A stretch of DNA of 64,000 nt, taken from contig CAYTEO010000004.1 in assembly GCA_964436825.1 (NCBI GenBank), positions 28,372-92,371 of the forward strand, in the 5' to 3' direction. Source of the DNA: an uncultured Fibrobacteraceae bacterium. GTDB taxonomy: Bacteria > Krumholzibacteriota > Krumholzibacteriia > LZORAL124-64-63. This document shows, one piece after another, positions 1-7,911 of the stretch. The position numbers were made by a program, and so were the translations under genes. Positions within the stretch are counted from its first letter, which is position 1, and every line of letters begins with the position of its first letter. Under the pieces are notes generated by a model. That model was given only the letters and a program-made list of their open reading frames with translations. It was not told where the DNA came from and searched no databases.

Positions 1-815
1 CAGAGCAGCCAGACCGACAGGCCGGCAAGCCCGATGGCGAAGGTGAACCGCGTCGTCAGCACCGGTCCCGGCGAGGCGAGCCACCAGCCGTGCTGGGCCA
101 GGTTGACCGGCACCGCCGCGAGCGACAGCGCGAACTCGCCGCTCGGGCCGTGGTCGAAGCCGCGCCAGAGGAGCCACCCTTCCGCGATCGCCACCGGCAG
201 CAGCAGCAGCCCGGCCAGCCGGGCCCGGCGCGCCGCCGCGCCGTCGGCCAGGCGCGACGTCGCCAGCAGGCCCGCCGGCAGCAGCAGGGCACTCTCCTTC
301 GAGAGGATGGCCGCCCCCCCGGCCAGGATCGCCGCGGCCACGGCGAGGCGGCCACCGGCGAGCAGCCGCTCGACCGCGACCAGCAGCAGGGCCAGCCCCA
401 GCAGTTCCTGCACCCCCGCCGCCCAGCGCAACGGCGTGAAGGCCAGCGGCGAGGCGGCCACCAGCAGGCCGGCCGCCAGGGCCGCCGCCGCCGGCAGCCG
501 CAGCAGTCGACCGATGCGCACGGTCAGTCCGGCGCAGAGGGCGAACAGCAGCAGGCGGGTCCAGGCCCAGGGATGGGGATCGAGACCCGCCACCGGCCAC
601 ATGAGGTCCCAGTAGAGGTGGCGGCTCAGCCAGCGGGCGGGCGGGCCTGCGACGTGGCGCAGGCCGGCCGCGCCGGCCAGCAGCTCCCAGTCGTCGGCGT
701 TCCACCAGGCGCCGAGGGCCGGCAGACGCCCCAGCAGCGCGGCCGCTGCCGCGGCCAGCGGCAGCCAGCGGTCGGCCGGGTCGGTCCGGTGTCTGGTCTC
801 CCACGTCGTCGCCAT
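1..815 (-). CDS. integral membrane protein, N-terminal 271 aa only (3' end lies beyond window start); possibly polyprenyl-dependent glycosyltransferase-like
   Basis: Manual translation of minus strand from ATG at 815-813: MATTWETRHRTDPADRWLPLAAAAAALLGRLPALGAWWNADDWELL...HLYWDLMWPVAGLDPHPWAWTRLLLFALCAGL... The frame stays open to position 3, has high GC3 and repeated W/L/A-rich hydrophobic segments. Plus-strand ORFs 34..615 and 90..905 over the same DNA are low-complexity R/A/Q/S shadow frames. Confidence 0.55.
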   Translation of the reverse strand, partial: MATTWETRHRTDPADRWLPLAAAAAALLGRLPALGAWWNADDWELLAGAAGLRHVAGPPARWLSRHLYWDLMWPVAGLDPHPWAWTRLLLFALCAGLTVRIGRLLRLPAAAALAAGLLVAASPLAFTPLRWAAGVQELLGLALLLVAVERLLAGGRLAVAAAILAGGAAILSKESALLLPAGLLATSRLADGAAARRARLAGLLLLPVAIAEGWLLWRGFDHGPSGEFALSLAAVPVNLAQHGWWLASPGPVLTTRFTFAIGLAGLSVWLL

Positions 816-905
816 GAGCCTCGTTCCGGAAACTTGAAGGACGGGACGGTGTTGTCGTATCCTGTCTCCCCGCCGCCGCGCCGGCGGCGGGTGCGCCGAA
901 CATAG

Positions 906-1622
906 ATGCTGCAGGAGGCGGGAGCAACCGTCGGCCCGCCGCCAACCGAGGAGATCGACGTGACCCGAACGGCCAGGTACCTCATCCTCCTGTCGCTAGC
1001 CGCGCTGCTGCCGGCGTCCCTGCTGCTGCCCGGCTGCGGCGCCGATGCCCCCGGCCCGGTCCAGATGAGCGCCACCGAGCGCGACGACTGGGAGATCCGG
1101 CTGGTGGAGATGCGCATCGACAAGAACGAGCGGTTCCGTGACCCCAAGCAGTCGCCCCTGCCGCCGGACCAGATCCCCGTCTTCCGCGGGCTGAACTACT
1201 TCTACCCCGCCCCCGGGTTCCGCTGGCGCGTCCGGTTCGAGCCCGAGGCCAGTCCCGACACCGTCCTGCTCGAGAAGGCCAAGGGCCGCCGCGTCCCCTA
1301 CGTCCGCCGGGGCAGGGTCCGCTTCAAGCACGAGGGGAAGGTCTACTCGCTCCGGGTCTACGGACCGGCCGACACCACGGAAGGCGACTACCTCTGGCTG
1401 CCGTTCTACGACAAGACCAACGGCAAGCTGACCTACGCCGGCGGTCGCTACCTGGACCTGACCGTCGACGAGGACGGGCTGGTCGATCTGGACTTCAACT
1501 TCGCCTACAACCCGTTGTGCGACTACAACCACCAGCGGTACGACTGCACCCTGCCCCCCGAGGAGAACCGCCTGCCTTTCGAGGTCCTGGCGGGGGAGAA
1601 GGAGTACAGTCTCGTTGAGTGA
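906..1622 (+). CDS. DUF1684 domain lipoprotein
   Basis: Lipobox LLPGCG after a hydrophobic leader. C-terminal motifs FNFAYNPLCDYN and RYDCTLPP are typical of DUF1684. The true start may be the internal GTG near 957. Confidence 0.7.
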   Translation: MLQEAGATVGPPPTEEIDVTRTARYLILLSLAALLPASLLLPGCGADAPGPVQMSATERDDWEIRLVEMRIDKNERFRDPKQSPLPPDQIPVFRGLNYFYPAPGFRWRVRFEPEASPDTVLLEKAKGRRVPYVRRGRVRFKHEGKVYSLRVYGPADTTEGDYLWLPFYDKTNGKLTYAGGRYLDLTVDEDGLVDLDFNFAYNPLCDYNHQRYDCTLPPEENRLPFEVLAGEKEYSLVE

Positions 1623-1640
1623 TCCCTCCCGGAGAAGGCG

Positions 1641-2204
1641 ATGTTGACGGCCGCGGGCCACGCGCTCGCGGCCGTCGGCCACGCCCTGGCCGCCGCCCTG
1701 CCCTGGATCCTCTACTTCCTGTGGGCCGCCGCCCTGCTGGCCGCGCCGCTGCTGACCTGGCTCGGCCTGGGCGGCAACTTCGCCATCGTCGGCCTGGGGC
1801 TGCTGCACGGCCTGGTGACCGGCTTCGATCCCGTCGGCTGGCGCCTGCTGCTGTTCCTGCTGGGGCTGGTCGTCCTGGGCGAGGTCGTCGAGTCGCTGCT
1901 GGGGACCTTGTACGTGGCCCGCAGGGGGGCGTCGCGGTGGGGCGTCCTCGGCGCCTTCGCGGGCGGGCTGCTCGGGGCGGCGGTCGGCAGCTCGGTTGCG
2001 CCGCTGGTGGGGACGATCCTCGGCTCGATCGTCGGCTCCTGGGCCGGGGCGGTCCTGGGCGAGTACTGGCGGCAGCGGCGCCTGGCCCCGAGCCTGCGCG
2101 TGGGCGGCCATGCCTTCGTCGGGAAGATGGCGGCCCTGCTGGTCAAGCAGGGGATCGGGGTGGGGATGATCGTGGTGCTGCTGCGCAGGGGGTGGCCGGT
2201 GTAG
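1641..2204 (+). CDS. DUF456 family membrane protein
   Basis: Gly/Ala/Leu-rich multi-TM protein (…GNFAIVGLGLLHGLVTGFDP…GAFAGGLLGAAVGS…). Consistent GC3, no overlap conflicts. Confidence 0.65.
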   Translation: MLTAAGHALAAVGHALAAALPWILYFLWAAALLAAPLLTWLGLGGNFAIVGLGLLHGLVTGFDPVGWRLLLFLLGLVVLGEVVESLLGTLYVARRGASRWGVLGAFAGGLLGAAVGSSVAPLVGTILGSIVGSWAGAVLGEYWRQRRLAPSLRVGGHAFVGKMAALLVKQGIGVGMIVVLLRRGWPV

Positions 2205-2385
2205 CCAGGGCCCCTGTCCGGTCGGGCCTGGACTCATACCAGATCAGTATGGTATAGTATAGGCCTCTCTCGATACTGCACGATAGCGGGGCCCAGAGGC
2301 CGAACGCTCCGGTGGCACGGAACGGACGTGCGGGTGCCGGGGATCGTCGCTCCCGCGGCCCCCGAACGCCCGGAGGCCTCGCCCA

Positions 2386-2576
2386 TGGCTGATCGTTATC
2401 CATCCCGTCTCCTGATCCAACGGACGCTCATCGCCGCTGTCGCCCTTCTGCTGACCGTCCCGGCGGGCAGGGCGACGGCACAGGACTGCCTCGACTACGC
2501 CGCGGCCGGCGTCTACTTGCTGCGGCTGGAGGCCGGGCCGGCACGGGCGACCGGCAGTGTGGTGCTGGTCAGGTAG
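2386..2576 (+). CDS. small secreted peptide (63 aa precursor) whose mature part resembles the terminal beta-strands of a T9SS/Por-type C-terminal sorting domain
   Basis: GGAGG Shine-Dalgarno 8 nt upstream of ATG 2386. Signal peptide RTLIAAVALLLTVPAGRATA/QD. Mature tail DCLDYAAAGVYLLRLEAGPARATGSVVLVR parallels the end of the S8 protease CTD in this window (GVYFYRVEAGDHVFTDRMALIK). Lies in an otherwise convergent spacer. Confidence 0.35.
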
Positions 2577-2609
2577 GTTCGCCGGCCGACACGGCGCAGG
2601 GGCGGCCGG

Positions 2610-3665
2610 CTACATCCCGTCCCGCTGCCCCCACGCCATCTCCCGGTTCGCCGCCACCCCCCAGCCGTCCCGTCCCACGGCGATCAGTCCCAGCGAGTAC
2701 TCCGCCGGGAACTCCGCGCAGGCCTGCCTGACCGCGTCGCGGGCCGAGAGCCCGGCCTCCATCAACGCGTAGACGGTGCGGGCCATCTGGTGGCGGATGA
2801 TCTCCTCGCCGAAGCCGGTGCAGGCCACCGCGCCGGCCGGTCCCGCGTAGCAGCCGCAACCGTAGACCGGCACGTCGCCCACCCGGCCGTCGAGGGTGAT
2901 GGAGGTGCCGCCGGTACTGATGGTCGCGGCGAATCGACCGTCGGCGTCGCGTACCACGGTGGCCACGGTGTCGCCCGTCTCGGGGTCGTCGGACCAGGCA
3001 AGCGTGTCGGCGGGCGTGGGGGGCGGGCCGGGGAAGTTCCACGCGGCGCGCCAGTCGAACGTGTCGTAGCCGCCGCCGGCCTCCCCGCGCAGCAGCCGCG
3101 CGATGCGGCGGCGGTACTTGGCCACCGCCTCGGGGCAGGTCGGCACCACGTCCGCGAAGCCCATCCGGTGGGCGAAGCGGGTCGCACCGTCGCCGGCCAG
3201 CAGCCGGTGCGGGGTGTCCAGGACGGCCCTGGCCACCAGGATGGGGTTGCGGACCCGCTCGATGACCGCCACCGCCGCGTACTCGCCGTCGCCGGTCATC
3301 AGGGCGGCGTCCATCTGGATCGTCTCGCCGTCCAGGCGGATGTTGGCGCCGGTGCCGGCGTTGAACAGGGGGTCGTTCTCCAGGGCGACCGTCCCCGCCA
3401 GGGCGGCGTCCAGGGCCGTCGCGCCTCCCTGCAAGGCGGCCGCGGCGCTGTCGGCGGCGGCCTGGGCGTGGGGCGTCCAGGAGGCCGGCGAACCGACCCC
3501 GCCGTGGGTGACGACGATCCCGCCGTCGGGCACCGCTCCGCCGGCCAGGGTCGGCAGGTGGGTACCGGGCAGGGGGGCCTGGTCGGGGAGCTTCTGGCAG
3601 CCGGCCAGCGGGAGGACGGCCAGCAGGACGACGAGCACGGCACGCGAAGGCGCACGACGGGACAT
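2610..3665 (-). CDS. isoaspartyl peptidase / L-asparaginase (Ntn-hydrolase, plant-type asparaginase family) lipoprotein
   Basis: Lipoprotein signal VLLAVLPLAGC. Motifs GTVGAVALD-like (GTVALENDPLFNAGTGANIRLDG) and the autoproteolytic nucleophile region ISTGGTSITLDGRVGDVPVYGCGCYA are typical of the family. Confidence 0.8.
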   Translation of the reverse strand: MSRRAPSRAVLVVLLAVLPLAGCQKLPDQAPLPGTHLPTLAGGAVPDGGIVVTHGGVGSPASWTPHAQAAADSAAAALQGGATALDAALAGTVALENDPLFNAGTGANIRLDGETIQMDAALMTGDGEYAAVAVIERVRNPILVARAVLDTPHRLLAGDGATRFAHRMGFADVVPTCPEAVAKYRRRIARLLRGEAGGGYDTFDWRAAWNFPGPPPTPADTLAWSDDPETGDTVATVVRDADGRFAATISTGGTSITLDGRVGDVPVYGCGCYAGPAGAVACTGFGEEIIRHQMARTVYALMEAGLSARDAVRQACAEFPAEYSLGLIAVGRDGWGVAANREMAWGQRDGM

Positions 3666-3682
3666 GGATCGACCTCCGGGGC

Positions 3683-4297
3683 TCAGAAACGGCGTGACAC
3701 GGTCCAGGTGACCGCCAGCAGCGAGGCCCAGACGTCCAGGTCGCCGCCGGCGAAGCCACTGTAGCCGCAGCGGGGCGTGACGGTCCAGCGGTCGTTCAGC
3801 GGCACGTCCCAGCCCAGACCCAGCAGGACGGTCGGTCCGTCGTCGGTGCCGCCGTGCACCGTGCCGCGCTCCTGGTAGACGACCCGCGCGATCCCCAGCC
3901 CGTAGCCCAGGCGCAGGAACAGGCCGCGCCCGCCGGGATGCCAGCTCAGCGCCGGGACCAGCAGCAGCATGTCCAGGTGGGCGTCGCCGAGCGCGTCGTC
4001 GGCGCCGCGGGACCAGGCCGTGACCTCCAGGCCGGCCCCCAGCGTCGGCAGCAGGCGGTTCTCCACGACCAGCCGCAGCAGCAGACCGTTCTCCCGGTCG
4101 TAGAGCCGGGGCAGCCGGTCCTGGTCCTCGAAGACGCGCAGGGTGTTGTCAGACAGCCGGCCACCGCCCCAGCCCAGGCCCAGGCCCAGGGACCAGTCGC
4201 CGGGGACGGCGGCGATGGCAGGCCGCGGCAGCGCGGCCGACGCCAGCAGGACGACCAGCGGCAGGAGAGCGACGGCGCGGCCAAGTCGCGTTGACAT
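3683..4297 (-). CDS. small outer-membrane beta-barrel protein
   Basis: Signal peptide MSTRLGRAVALLPLVVLLASAALP…AIAA. Alternating amphipathic strands rich in G/L/W, and a C-terminal aromatic residue (…WTVSRRF) typical of OMP beta-barrels. Confidence 0.55.
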   Translation of the reverse strand: MSTRLGRAVALLPLVVLLASAALPRPAIAAVPGDWSLGLGLGWGGGRLSDNTLRVFEDQDRLPRLYDRENGLLLRLVVENRLLPTLGAGLEVTAWSRGADDALGDAHLDMLLLVPALSWHPGGRGLFLRLGYGLGIARVVYQERGTVHGGTDDGPTVLLGLGWDVPLNDRWTVTPRCGYSGFAGGDLDVWASLLAVTWTVSRRF

Positions 4298-4393
4298 CAC
4301 GATCGCTTTCCGGGCAGGATGAAAGCGGTTTCGCATCAGTATCGCTTTTCCAGGTCGACATCATGTGACGTATCGATCGTCACGGAGACTGTA

Positions 4394-6300
4394 ATGAATC
4401 GCCCTCATCGCCGATTCTGGCACACCGTCGTGGCGGTGTCCACGGCCCTGCTGGTCGTGGTCGCCGTCGTGGCGATGGCGATCCGCGGACGGCACGACGA
4501 CGGGCCCAGGACCATCGACCTCTCCCGCCTGCCCCGGCACCTGCCCTACGCGTTCCGTCTTCCGAGAACCACCTACCGTTACACCTTTCGACAAGGCTAC
4601 AATTACCTGTTCACGCGGGACGAGTCCGGCACGGTCAGGTCGTACTCGTTCAACGATGTGGGCCTGGTGGCGGACCGCTGGCGGGGCAAGCGATTCGAGG
4701 ATCTCTGGCAGCACAATCCGCCACCCGCTTCGGACCGGTCTCGCAGGCGCGTCTCTCCCTCGCCCACGACGTGGACGGAGACGGCCGCACGGATGTCCTG
4801 CTGGCGCTCTCCACACCCGACGGCAGCGAGTGACTGGTGGAGGGGCTGGACCGGGACAGCAGCACCGTCCTGTCCCGCGTGACGTTGACCGGTGGGCCTG
4901 ACCTGCGCGAGGACGGCCGCTGGGACGGACTGTATCACGTGGTGGGACTGGACGAGGTGCCGGCAGGGGGTGAGACGGTTCGCGCCTGCATCATGATCGT
5001 CCTGGCCGGTCACGATCGGGTTCCCCGCGGTGCCCTGGCGGTGGCGGTGGATGACGGCCGTGTTCTCTGGGAGTACAGGATGGGCGCGAAGCCCGCCCTG
5101 GAGTACACCTTCCTCGCCGACCTGGACGGCGACGGCCGTCGTGAGCTGCTGGTGGCGATCAAGGACAGGGTCCGCGACCACGGCGCCCTGCTGGTCCTGG
5201 ACCCCGCTTCCGGACGGCAGAGGACCGCACTGGTGTGGCCCCAGGGTCTGGTCGGGCCTGTCCTGGTGCCGGGAGGGGACGGACCCGCAGAGCTGCTGGT
5301 CTCCTCCTGGGACGGTGATCTGCATCTGTTCCGCTGGGACGGCGGCCCACCGCCCTGGCTGCCGCTCCCGCCCGCCCTGCTGGTCGCGATCGGCGCCTGG
5401 TGGTATCTGCGTCGACGCCGCCGCAGCAGCAGCGTGGCGCGCATGGCGCGACGCCAGCTGCTGGCGTCGCTACGCCTGGCCAACCATGGCGCCACGGGAC
5501 AGGCCCACGCGCTGCAGGCCTATGTGGGTCTGCTGCGGATCGCCGCCTCCGGGAGGGGGGACGAGGAGCGGCTCCGCCGGCGCCTCGCCGACCGCGCGGC
5601 GGACCTGCTGGACGGGACGCTGCCCGAGCTGCGCGAGCAGCTGGACATGGCCCGGCTGGCCGGCCTGGACGAGCACGAGATCGCCCTGGCGGAGGCCTGC
5701 GCGGCGCGGATCGAGGAGCTTGTACAGGAGACGGAGGCGGCGCCGACGGTTGCGCGCTGCCGTGCCGTCGCCGACGAGCTGGCGGGACAGGCGGATCGCC
5801 TGGCGGGGCACCTGCGTGCCCTGCGGCGGGAGATCCTGCGCGGCTTCCGTACCGACCCCGCGGCGGTACAGCGGCGGGTCCTGGACGCGCACGCCGCCAT
5901 GATCGAGAAGGACGGCGTGACGCTGGATGCCCCCGATCCCCGGGTTCCGCCGGTGGCGGTGGCGCCGGAGGACCTGACCTTCATCCTGGATAACCTGGTG
6001 GCCAACGCCCTGCAGGCCATGGCCGGCGGCGCGACGCGGCGGTTGTCGTTGACGTGGGAGGCCGCTGGGGAGAGGGTGGTCTGCCGCGTGGCGGACACCG
6101 GCTGCGGCCTGCCGCGTGATCTGTGGGAGCGTGCCCTGGACACCACTTTCTCCACGCGCGAGGGCGGCGGGACGGGCCTGCCGGCCTCGCGGGAGAAGCT
6201 GCGGGCCTGTGGGGGCAGCCTGGAGATCGAGAGCAGCGAGGTGGGTCGGGGGACGGTCTTCGTCCTGACCCTGCCGGTCGTGGAGGAGGGGGCGGCGTAA
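4394..6300 (+). pseudogene. sensor histidine kinase (TM - periplasmic FG-GAP/beta-propeller-like sensor - TM - HATPase_c), reading frame disrupted by one frameshift (~4715-4745) and an in-frame TGA (4831-4833)
   Basis: Frame 2 from ATG 4394 gives TM1 (WHTVVAVSTALLVVVAVVAMAI) and a plausible periplasmic sequence up to …FEDLWQHNPP. Frame 1 then reads …RFGPVSQARLSLAHDVDGDGRTDVLLALSTPDGSE, stops at TGA 4831, and continues as LVEGLDRD…FLADLDGDGRRELLV…TM2 (LLVAIGAWWYL)…N-box LDNLVANALQA, G1 DTGCGLP, G2 GGGTGLPASR. The DxDGDGRxxLL repeats continue across both breaks, so this is one gene. Confidence 0.6.
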
Positions 6301-6330
6301 CCGTGCCGCGGCAGAAGGGGGGAGAACGCG

Positions 6331-7506
6331 ATGACGAACGGGACGTCCCGCCCGCGCGTCCTGCTGGTGGACGACGACCGGGCCTTCTGGGAGGACCTGG
6401 CCCTCTACCTGGAGGCGGACCACGAGCTGTTCTTCGCACCGGACCCGCTCGCCCAGCGGCGCGACGGGCGCCGCTCCCGCGGCGACCTGGTCCACGCCGA
6501 CCCAGCCATGGCCCGCCTCCTGGACCACCTGGCCGCGGTGGCCGCCACCGACACCACCGTCCTGCTGACCGGCGAGAGCGGCACCGGCAAGGAGATGGTG
6601 GCCCGCTGGATCCACGAGCGCAGCGGGCGTGCCGACGGTCCCTTCTGGGCGGTCCACTGCGCGGCCCTGCCGGAGAACCTGATCGAGAGCGAGCTGTTCG
6701 GCCACGTCCGCGGTGCGTTCACCGGCGCGGACCGCGACCACGCCGGCGCCTTCGACCTGGCCCGGGGCGGCACGCTGCTGCTGGACGAGATCGGCGAGGC
6801 GCCCATGGCCGTGCAGGTGAAGCTGCTGCGGGTGCTGGAGAACCGGGAGTACAAGCGGGTGGGCGGGGAACGGATGCTGCGGACCGACGTCCGCCTGGTC
6901 TGCGCCACGCGCCGGGACCTGCGCCGGGAGGTGGCCGCCGGCCGTTTCCGCGACGACCTCTTCTACCGCATCAGCGTGGTGCAGGTGGAACTGCCGCCGT
7001 TGCGCGTGCGCCGCGGGGACATCCCGCGGCTGGCCGAGCACTTCGTCCGCCTCTACGCCGCACAGCTCGGCAAGCCGCTGGTGGGCCTGACAGAGGCGGC
7101 CCTGCAGGACCTGGCGGGCCGCTCCTGGCCCGGCAACGTGCGCGAGTTGCGCAACGTCATCGAGCGGGCCGTCATCGTGGCGCGCGGCGACCGGGTGACC
7201 CTGGCCGACCTGGCCGTCCCCTCCACCCTGACCGCCGCCGCGGACTTTCCGCACTACGAGTCCCTCAAGCAGGCCACGCAGCTCGAGTTCGACACGGGCT
7301 ACATGCTGGAACTGATGATCCGCGCCCGGGGCAACGTCATCCGCGCCTCGGAGCTGAGCGGCCTGTCGCGGACCTCCATCTACCGGCTGCTGGACCGCAC
7401 CGGCTTGCGCGAGAAGTTCGAGACCGGATATTTCAAGCGCCGGCCCGTCGAGGGAGACGCCTGCGAGGAGGAAAACGATGAAGGACAGGGTGTCGCGGTT
7501 TCGTGA
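6331..7506 (+). CDS. sigma-54-dependent transcriptional activator (NtrC/Fis family) with a truncated, non-functional-looking receiver N-terminus
   Basis: AAA+ sigma-54 interaction domain: Walker A GESGTGKE, ESELFGH, GAFTGA, arginine finger region, and a C-terminal Fis-type HTH (TSIYRLLDRTGL). N-terminus RVLLVDDDRAFWEDLALYL looks like receiver beta1-alpha1, but only ~55 aa precede the AAA+ domain. Confidence 0.85.
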   Translation: MTNGTSRPRVLLVDDDRAFWEDLALYLEADHELFFAPDPLAQRRDGRRSRGDLVHADPAMARLLDHLAAVAATDTTVLLTGESGTGKEMVARWIHERSGRADGPFWAVHCAALPENLIESELFGHVRGAFTGADRDHAGAFDLARGGTLLLDEIGEAPMAVQVKLLRVLENREYKRVGGERMLRTDVRLVCATRRDLRREVAAGRFRDDLFYRISVVQVELPPLRVRRGDIPRLAEHFVRLYAAQLGKPLVGLTEAALQDLAGRSWPGNVRELRNVIERAVIVARGDRVTLADLAVPSTLTAAADFPHYESLKQATQLEFDTGYMLELMIRARGNVIRASELSGLSRTSIYRLLDRTGLREKFETGYFKRRPVEGDACEEENDEGQGVAVS

Positions 7507-7825
7507 GTATCGCCAGCGCATGAACGAGCGCATCCTGGCACGTGGCACCCTGACCACGCGCCGCTTCTTCAACCTGGACACGCGCTGCTACGAGGACGGC
7601 GCCCTGGACGCCCGGACCAAGGAGATGCTGGGCCTGGTCGCCTCGCTGGTCCTGCGGTGCGACGACTGTGTGGCCTACCACCTGATTCGCTGCGTCGAGG
7701 AGGGCGTGACGGAATCGGAGCTGATGGAAGTCCTCGACGTCGGTCTGATCGTCGGTGGCTCCATCGTCATTCCCCACCTCCGCCGTGCCCACGAGCTCCT
7801 CACGGAACTCACCGGCGGCGACTGA
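7478..7825 (+). CDS. carboxymuconolactone decarboxylase (CMD) / AhpD-like family protein
   Basis: GAGGAGGAAAACG RBS before ATG 7478. Core CMD motif with CxxC…H (VLRCDDCVAYHLIRC). 115 aa. Overlaps the 3' end of the activator gene by 29 nt. Confidence 0.7.
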   Translation: MKDRVSRFREYRQRMNERILARGTLTTRRFFNLDTRCYEDGALDARTKEMLGLVASLVLRCDDCVAYHLIRCVEEGVTESELMEVLDVGLIVGGSIVIPHLRRAHELLTELTGGD

Positions 7826-7862
7826 ACTCATCCCCAGGTGAAAGAGATGACGACGGGGAAGG

Positions 7863-7885
7863 CGGGGTGTCCGGCCCCGTTCCCG
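7863..7885. terminator. candidate bidirectional hairpin terminator between convergent CMD-family gene and mltF
   Basis: CGGGG-tgtccgg-CCCCG hairpin followed by TTCCC, in an 86-nt convergent spacer. Confidence 0.25.
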
Positions 7886-7911
7886 ATAGCCGTCCCGCCC
7901 GTGCGACCGGG

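Noticed and set aside
34-905. Plus-strand ORFs 34..615 and 90..905 at the window start
   Set aside because: S/A/R/Q-rich low complexity. The minus-strand frame over the same DNA translates to a coherent polytopic membrane protein with an ATG at 815.
4831-4833. Possible programmed recoding (selenocysteine/readthrough) at the in-frame TGA in the sensor kinase
   Set aside because: A separate frameshift ~100 nt upstream in the same gene argues for decay or sequencing error rather than recoding, and no SECIS-like hairpin is evident immediately downstream.
5470-7581. 703-aa minus-strand ORF across the kinase/activator region
   Set aside because: Antisense to the HATPase_c kinase and sigma-54 activator, which carry unambiguous motifs; low-complexity translation.
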